Below, piece by piece: positions 55,231 to 64,000 of a DNA stretch of 64,000 bases. Source of the DNA: Eledone cirrhosa (Eukaryota); contig OZ024746.1 in assembly GCA_964016885.1 (NCBI GenBank), positions 71,734,001-71,798,000 on the forward strand, read 5' to 3'. The translations under genes and the position numbers were made by a program. The notes under the pieces are model-generated. The model searched no databases. It had not been told where the DNA came from and saw only the letters and a program-made list of their open reading frames with translations. The number at the start of each line of letters is the position of its first letter. Position 1 is the first letter of the stretch.

Positions 55231-55438
55231 GCGGTTTCCCCGCTCTCTCGCCCTGCCGCCATTATCAGTCACGCTGCATGGAGTTTGTGTTGTGATTGCG
55301 GCCTTTTGTCGTCGTTGCTGTCCCCTCCCTAAAATATCACTGCACAAAAGGCCCTGAAATGTTGACCTACAAGCTCTCTGTATGATTGAACATGCACCAA
55401 TCACTGGAGCGTGATTTAATGTCACCTGCTACCTTCGG

Positions 55439-55536
<98 letters not shown>

Positions 55537-55600
55537 ATGTATATAAATATATATATATATATTTATATATATGGATATATATATATCTGTATTTATAAGT

Positions 55601-55683
<83 letters not shown>

Positions 55684-55820
55684 TAGATAGATAGATAGAT
55701 AGATAGATAGAGATATATATACATATATATATACATATATATGTGCATATATATATATATATATATATATCCACATACATATATATATAAATATATATAT
55801 ATATATATTTATATACATAC

Positions 55821-55867
<47 letters not shown>

Positions 55868-56074
55868 CGCGCGCACATATACATATGTATATATATGGTG
55901 GTGGTGATGGTGGTGGTGGTACTGGTAGTTGTATATGGTCCATAAAGACGTTCCAGCTGTGAACACCCCGTCCTAATTTTAATACGTGTTGTCGCTACTA
56001 TTTTGAGGCTTATCGTTGTTGTTGTTGTTTTTTTTTTGGGGGGGGGGGCTTCTTTGCTATTATTATAGCTGATG

Positions 56075-57510
56075 TTTGCAGCGAAGAGTTACGGCCCTTT
56101 ATGTTCAGAGCTCAAATCCCGCCGAGGTTAACTTTGCCTTTCATTCACACGGGGTCGATAAAATAAAGTACCAGTAATACACTGGGTTAATTGCTGGCCT
56201 TGTGCCAAAAGTAGAAACAATTATTTTAGCTGATGTTTTTTTTCTTGTTGTTGTTGTTGTTGTTTGTGGAGTTGATAGTGGTGGTGGTGGTGGCGGTGGT
56301 GGTGGCGGTGATGGTGATGATATTCGACGTCGTTGTCGTCGTCTTGGAGGTGTTCACCTCAGATCGATCATGCTCGGGCAAAATCTTGGGCATCTATGGC
56401 TGCCATATTACCAGAGAAACATATCTTTTTCTATTTCTTTTTGTTTTCTTTTTTTTTTTTTTTTTTACAGTTCTACATATACTCATGTGTCAAAATTATG
56501 GAACATGCTATAATAATTGTTTCTACTTTAGGCACAAGGCCAGCAATTACCCAGTACATTACTGGTACTTTATTTTATCGACCCCGTAAGAATGAAAGGC
56601 AAAGTTAACCTCGGCGGGATTTGAACTCAGACTGTAAAGGGACGTAACCATGCTAGAAAGCATGGCGTTCAATCCTCTACCGATACTGCCAATAATAATT
56701 GTTTCTACTTTTTGGCATAAGGCCAGCAATTATCCCAGTACATTACTGGTACTTTATTTTATCGACCCCGTAAGAATGAAAGGCAAAGTTAACCTCGGCG
56801 GGATTTGAACTCAGACTGTAAAGGGACGTAACCATGCTAGAAAGCATGGCGTTCAACCCTCTACCGATACTGCCAATAATAATTGTTTCTACTTTTTGGC
56901 ATAAGGCCAGCAATTATCCCAGTACATTACTGGTACTTTATTTTATCGACCCCGTAAGGATGAAAGGCAAAGTTAACCTCGGCGGGAATTGAACTCAGAT
57001 CGTAAAGGGACGTAACCATGCTGGAAAGCATAATCCGAACCTCTACCGATACTGCCAATTCACCGCCCTATAATAATGCTATTATTTCGTATACCTAAGG
57101 CGGTAGATTGGTAGTATCGGTAGAGTGTCGGACACCATGCTTTGCAGCATACAGTTACGACCCTTTACGTTCTGAGTTCAAATCCGGCCGGGGTTACCTT
57201 TGCCTTTCATCCTTACGGAGTTGATAAAATAAAGTACCAGTAACATACTGTGTTGATTTTAATTGGCTTTCCCCTTCCCTCAAATTGTAGACCTTATGCC
57301 TAAATCAGAAACCATTATTAGGGGGATTGGCTGTATCGGTAGAGAGTCGGACGCCATGCTTTCCAGCATAGTTACGTCCCTTTACAGTCTGAGTTCAAAT
57401 TCCGCCGAGGTTTACTTTGCCTTTCATCCTTACGGGGTCGATAAAATAAAGTATCAGTAATGCACTGGGTAATTACTGGCCTTGTGCCTAAAGTAGGAAC
57501 AATTATTAGT
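56075..57510. mobile_element. SINE family 1 cluster: 56075-56224 (+), head-to-tail trimer 56512-57062 (-), 57098-57320 (+), 57324-57508 (+)
   Basis: Repeated consensus; the trimer units are ~183-184 bp and nearly identical. Confidence 0.9.
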
Positions 57511-58723
57511 TGATGTTGTTTTTGATATTACGATTAAGAGCAAGAACATATCTTCTTCACACACCACTCATACATAAATTGTCACATTAGTGAACTTCTG
57601 ACATCTCCTCAAAGCGTAATCCTCTATTACTGTCCTAGTTTCACAAAGATGTCCATCGTAGTATACAATAGCGCAGGATAGCAGCACATATATGCATATA
57701 TAGTCATTTTCGTGTTCCTTGCGGTCTGACTATAGTTTGGTTTTGAACTCTGTAGCTCACACGTTTTAAAATATCATTGCCAAAGGATTAATTATATTTC
57801 TAATAAAAGAAACATATATTTCTTCTACAGTTTTGTTTTAACATTTAAGGAAATTTCTTTCACGGTGGCACTGCTACTTTGATACGGCATGACCACTCTT
57901 ATTTTAGCTTGGCATGACTACTGGCGTCCAGCAGAACATATACATATGTTTTCACTACTCAAAGGTCAGATTATATCATACACTGACAATATTGGGTTGA
58001 GGATTGAGGGGTGTCTGCTAGAAGAGCGATTTCTCTAACATTTCCACATTGATCTCTATATATATCTACCTAAGTAGCCATGAGAACATCATGGAGAATG
58101 TCATGGACATTTACGAAAGACTAATCATGACATAGTAACACAGTTCAACACTTCACCAACCAACCAGCTACCTAGACTGGCAGGCCTGCTCTTATTCAGA
58201 GTATCCATAGTCACCGTTAGCCATTTCTTTATCATTCTACTATGAAAGACACTACCTATCAGTTTCACCCAATTTTGATCCTAAACAACAATTTGGTGAT
58301 TTAATTTAATGATATAACCAACTTTCTTATTATTTATCTCGTGTTTCGAACATAACTTAACAAAGTTTTGTTTAAAATTAAATATGTACTGTGGTCGATA
58401 ACCACCGATTAAATTGCAATGTTGCTCCAGTTGTGCCGCAGTTTAATGACTGAAACCAGGAAAAGAATGAATGAATAAATAAATATATAAATAATATATC
58501 AGAAGAAAAGCAGAATGACGTAATTTGATGGAACACAAAGCAAGGGTTTTTCGTTATGGCTTATCTTGTATGGTTTGTGTTGTATTAGCATGTTATGGTG
58601 TCAACTGACAACTTAGAATAAACACTTGTTGAAAGACTTGTTACTGCCTTACTGGGATGTGTGTGAGTTTTATGTTAACTGTTATTTCCTCCCTGCTTAT
58701 ACATACATACATACATACATACA

Positions 58724-58754
<31 letters not shown>

Positions 58755-58845
58755 GTGTGTGTATGCGTGTGTGATTTATGTATATACATATATACATATG
58801 TTTGCATATACGATATATACGATATATATTTTTTTTTTTTTTATT

Positions 58846-58930
<85 letters not shown>

Positions 58931-59045
58931 CGAGAAAGAGGGACAGTTGATAGATAATTATATAGATGTATATATATAGAGAGAGAGAAGGAATATACAA
59001 TCTTTAAATTAGTAAACAACAAGAGCTCAGACATCGGGCCCTGAG

Positions 59046-59162
<117 letters not shown>

Positions 59163-59794
59163 GTGTGTTTATATTTTTTAGTTTTTAAAGGAAACACAGA
59201 ACTTGTGCATGTATCGGTATTTGTAATGAAAGATTGGCTTCTTGTTTTTTTTTGTTGGTTGTTTGTTTGCTATTTTTTGATAAGTTAAATGAATCAATCG
59301 GAATAGATCGAAAGAAATAAGAATGTTGAATTATTGAAAATATTGACATTTGATTGGTTAGACATAATTCGAAAGGATGGATTCAAAGAAGTAAATCAAG
59401 GCACGGGAATAGGATTTGAAGATGAGATCCAGAGACGTCTTCTTTTGTGGAAATTGGTATAGCGTTCTCATTATATAAAATCCCCACATTTTGCCTCATT
59501 TCTCCCCGTTTGGGGGCACTTTTATTCATGGTACTCCCCATTTGGGTTTTTAGAGATTGGCAGGTCTAGAGATCACAAAGCAGCCATACCACCACCACTC
59601 TCAAAATACACAACCTAAACAGAATACTAAGAAGTTTTTACGGACAACTGAAATGTTCACAAAGTGAGAAATTAACACCTATTTTAAATGAAGGTAGAAA
59701 AAGAGAAATAAGAATATTACTTTGAGAAAAAGTATTAAATAATGTGTGAGGATGATTGAATGGTGTAATTTGGTGTGTACGTTAGTTAACTCAG

Positions 59795-60351
59795 AGAGAG
59801 GAGAAACTGACAGAGAGAGAGAGTGTGTGTGAGGGAGAGAGAGTGCGTGTGAGGGAGAGAGAGAAAGAGAGAGTGTGCGTGAGGGAGAGAAAATGCGTAT
59901 GAGGGAGAGAGAGAGAGAGAGAAAAGAGAGAGTGTGTGTGAGGGTGAGAGAGAGAAAGAGAGAGTGTGTGTGAGGGAGAGAGAGAGAAAGAGAGAGTGTG
60001 TGTGAGGGGGAGAGAGAGAGAAAAAGAGTGTGTGTGTGAGAGAGAGAAAGAGAGTGTGTGTGTGTGTATGAGAGAGAGAGAGAAAAAAGAGAGAGTGTGT
60101 GTGAGGGAGAGAGAGAGAAAGAGAGAGTGTGTGTGAGGGAGAGAGAGAGAAAGAGAGAGTGTGTGTGAGGGGGAGAGAGATAAAAAGAGAGTGTGTGTGA
60201 GAGAGAGAAAGAGGGTGTGTGTGTGTGTGTGTATGAGAGAGAGAGAAAGAAAGAAAGAGAGAGTGTATGGGAGAGAGAGAGTGTGTGTGTGTGTGAAAGA
60301 GAGATAGGGAAAGAGATAGTTTGTGTGTGAGAAAGAAAGAGAGAGTGAGAG

Positions 60352-60409
<58 letters not shown>

Positions 60410-60495
60410 GGGGAGAAAGAAAGAGAGATTGTGTGAGAGAGTGTGTGTGTGAGAGAGAGAGTGTATGAGAGAGAGAGAGAAAGATAGAAAGAGAA
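59795..60495. repeat. Degenerate (GA)n/(GT)n compound minisatellite
   Basis: Recurrent 'gagagagaaagagagagtgtgtgtgagg'. Confidence 0.85.
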
Positions 60496-60631
60496 AGTGT
60501 GGTTCTAAATATATATATTTTACAGGTTGAAAGATTAGTCCAGCCAACGAAACGGCTGTTCCTGTTCTATTGTTATGTCTTCGTTATAGTACTGCTCTTA
60601 ATGATATATATATGTATATATATGTATATAT

Positions 60632-61265
60632 ATTGTTATACTTAAGCGGGTCATATTGTTGTAATAATTGTTTCTACTTTTGGCACAAGGCCAGCAAATT
60701 ACTCAGTACATTACTGGTACTTTATTTTATCGATGAAAGGCAAAGTTAACCTCGGCGGGATTTGAACTCAGAATGGAAAGGGCCGTAACTCTTTCCGTCA
60801 AAGCATGGCGTCCGACCCTCTACCGATACTGCCAATCCACCGCCATGTTGTTGTAATAAATGTTTCTACTTTTGGCACAAGGCCAGCAAATTCACCAGTA
60901 CATTACTGGTACTTTATTTTATCTACCCCGTAAGGATGAAAGGCAAAGTTAACCTCGGCGGGATTTGAACTCAGAATGGAAAGGGCCGTAACTCTTTCCG
61001 TCAAAGCATGGCGTCCGACCCTCTACCGATACTGCCAATCCACCGCCATATTGTTGTAATAATATTGCCAGAAATAATAACAGAACACACTCATTGTTTC
61101 GTTGGTTTTCGCTTCTGTATCTTTTATATCTCCACAGTTAATTCATTTGGTCCTCAATGTTTATCACTGACTGACCAACGGTCAAATATACAGATATAAT
61201 ATAGATATAAACACATATATATAGTCTAACAAAGTTCTTTCGTTGCACATCTGCAACATCATCAT
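60632..61265 (-). mobile_element. Family C terminus interrupted by a SINE family 1 dimer (60662-61048)
   Basis: Flanks match 9743-9990 ('ttgttatactt...gggtcatatt', 'atattgccagaa..aataa.agaacacactca', 'tttcgttgcacatctgcaacatc'); TSD-like 'cat(a/g)ttgttgtaataa' occurs three times. Confidence 0.8.
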
Positions 61266-61317
61266 CATATATATATATGGGGGGGGGGTATGTATGTGCG
61301 TCTGTGTCTGTATGTGT

Positions 61318-61374
<57 letters not shown>

Positions 61375-61376
<2 letters not shown>

Positions 61377-61497
61377 CGGGAGAGAGAGAGAGGTGGCATA
61401 CATATATGTGTGTGTGTGTGTGTGAGAAATGGAGAAAGAGTGTTGGCATATATATGTGTGTATGTGAGTGAGAGAGAGAAAGGGTGAGTGTGTGTGT

Positions 61498-61542
<45 letters not shown>

Positions 61543-61680
61543 TGTGTGTGTGTGCGAGAGAGAGAGAGAGAGGTGGCATACATATATGTGTGTGTGTGTG
61601 TGAGAAATGGAGAAAGAGTGTTGGCATTTATATGTGTGTATGTGAGTGAGAGAGAGAAAGGGTGAGTGTGTGTGTGTGCG
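61375..61680. repeat. 180-bp tandem duplication
   Basis: 'agagagagagaggtggcatacatatatgtg...gagaaatggagaaagagtgttggca' at 61381 and 61561. Confidence 0.85.
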
Positions 61681-62034
61681 TGTGCGCGTGTGTGTGTGTG
61701 TGTGCGTGTGTGTGTGTGTGTGTTTCTCTGTTTATGTGAGCGACGCTGCCGGTGGTGGTGATTGTGGACGTAGTAAGGACAGTGGAAGTAATGATGCTAA
61801 CTGATGTTATGATAATACAGTATATATTAATATTATTACAATAAGTCAGTAGATACTAAAACACAACACCACCACCACCACCACCAATACCACCAACCCT
61901 ACCACTCTACCACCACCACCACCACTACCACTAAATATTACTACCGTTAAATGAACAAAACCTCTCTGTCTCACCCTTATTCTCGCTTTCCATGTCCCAC
62001 GCTTTCATTATAAATAAATATATATATAATATAT

Positions 62035-62166
<132 letters not shown>

Positions 62167-62689
62167 CATATATATACATATACATATATATATATACATA
62201 CGTACGTATGTATATGTATGGGTCTGTTTGTGTGTACGTGTGTTGTATATAAACATTCCAGGCTTTATTTCACAAACACACACAAATATAAACATACACC
62301 CACACAAACTGTAATGCTGCCCATCATATATATGTAAACAACAGCTACGAAAAACACACATACATATATAGACTCATGTATTCCCATACAGACACTTCTT
62401 TCATCTAGTAGTCAAATAAACTTACTTTCAGCACTATAAATATATAAGAAGAGTATCTTTACTAATAGCAAAATAGAAAACAAAAATCAACACGCCTGAA
62501 TTTGTGTATGAAATCTACCAGACTTTGCTGGTTGAATATCTTTTTGTCCGACATTGAAAATCTTACCTGTATTGCTATAGTCTTTTCTGAACTTCTACCT
62601 AGAGCACGTCCAACACTAATACAATCGCTGTTTAATTCTGAGGATGAGACTAGTGTACTTCTGAACGAGTGCAATCCTAACTAAACTGA

Positions 62690-63200
62690 GAGTGTCGTGG
62701 GGCAGAGTCCACAAACACGCCTTCCGGCTGGTTCTATCAGGAGCAACCGTCTCCAATTGATCTGGCTGAATCCCCAAACGAGACCAGCCGAGATATCCAA
62801 GCATCTTGCTCGGAGTCTACCCTTGGATCTTCTGCCAGTTATTTTTGCGATTCTTTCCTGAGACATTCTAACCACGTGCCCGTAGTATCGGAGCTGTAAT
62901 CTCTCAATTCGGAGAAGTAACAGGTCTACCAAGAGTGATTCTCTGATCTCCGAGCTACGCACTCTATCGAGTAATGTTACCCCAAAGACCTTTGAAGGAA
63001 CCCCCATTTCGGCTACTTTTATTAGCGATCGTATTCTTTCGGTCATTACCCAAGATTCATGACCATAGGTAAGGGTTGGTACGAATACCGAATTGAAGAT
63101 GGCGATTTTGGTTTTTACACCTACCTCCCTTCTTCTGATGACTGAAAGCTGAAGTTAGCATATTACTGCAACAGTTCCTGCAACTCTTGCTCATAATTCA
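62690..63200 (-). pseudogene. RTE-clade LINE ORF C-terminal fragment
   Basis: TKIAIFNSVFVPTLTYGHESWVMTERIRS.I..AEM...GVTLLDRVRSSEIRE.L.V..LLLRIER.QLRYYGHVVRM..ER...GRR..GR.R.R. Confidence 0.9.
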
Positions 63201-63265
63201 GCCTCCTGCCTTCCACCACACAAGAATATATAGGCTTCAAGTGTATATACATTTTTGGGGGACAT

Positions 63266-63316
<51 letters not shown>

Positions 63317-63321
63317 TTTTT

Positions 63322-63494
63322 AGGAACGATCGACTTTCGTCAAATCGGACCGACGAAACAATGTTTCCGTTGGTCTTTCCAATTGCTAATACTATCTATC
63401 GGTCGTAACTCCAGGTAGAAGGAGCAACGTGAAATAAAGTGTCTTGCTCAAGGACATAATGCATCGCCCTGTCCAGGAATCGAACTCACAACCT

Positions 63495-63498
<4 letters not shown>
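63322..63498 (-). mobile_element. SINE family 2 copy
   Basis: Reverse complement of the 43020-43200 sequence. Confidence 0.85.
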
Positions 63499-63537
<39 letters not shown>

Positions 63538-63704
63538 TATATATATATTTTTTTTTATTTATTTATTGTATGTGATTCAGTGAAATTACTAGTCGTGGTA
63601 CCAAACTAAGCACTCGATGCACAGGCAGAGTGTATAGATTCAGAAAGACGATGAAATTTCGTTTAAATATAGTTAGTTTTTTTTATTGTGTTTCTGTATC
63701 GATC

Positions 63705-63790
<86 letters not shown>

Positions 63791-64000
63791 GCGTGATAAC
63801 CAGTAATCTGTGAAATTCAAAGCAAAAACAAAGTATAATCTCAGTTATATAAGAAATATATTGGATCGTCAAGTATGAAATTTGTAGAAATTTGTAGAAA
63901 AAAAAAAACACATTTCTACAAAGTTCATAGTTGACGACCCAATACATAGGCATACACACACACACACATACATACACACACATACACATACACATACACA

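Noticed and set aside
63133-63152. CTGATGACTGAAA
   Set aside because: Chance match antisense to the RTE coding remnant; no helices.

Overview
AT-rich animal genomic DNA saturated with microsatellites. The repeat content suggests a coleoid cephalopod such as Octopus (inference). There is one 200-N gap and no intact protein-coding gene; almost all listed ORFs are (TA)n/(CA)n/(GAA)n translation artefacts. The non-microsatellite sequence is mostly transposable-element debris: two tRNA-derived SINE families, fragments of RTE, CR1, Tx1/L1 and R4/Dong-like LINEs, a deleted DD37D (maT) Tc1/mariner element, a hAT MITE, two Penelope-like (PLE) GIY-YIG endonuclease remnants and minisatellites. The most striking signal is a dense set of short (60-450 bp) elements from roughly ten families. 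They sit inside (TA)n tracts, are often built as asymmetric fold-back palindromes, and carry type-I hammerhead ribozyme cores (about 17 with recognisable CUGANGA...GAAA...UH, read by eye). I interpret them as termini (pLTRs) of (TA)n-targeting PLEs or non-autonomous retrozyme-like derivatives. The PLE-hammerhead link is established in general. The inversion points mapping to the ribozyme, the long stem-II insertions, the U-U core variant and a tail motif shared across families are observations from this window. A few possible minus-strand exons and a YY1-rich promoter-like island are flagged at low confidence. All coordinates were read manually and may be off by a few bases.
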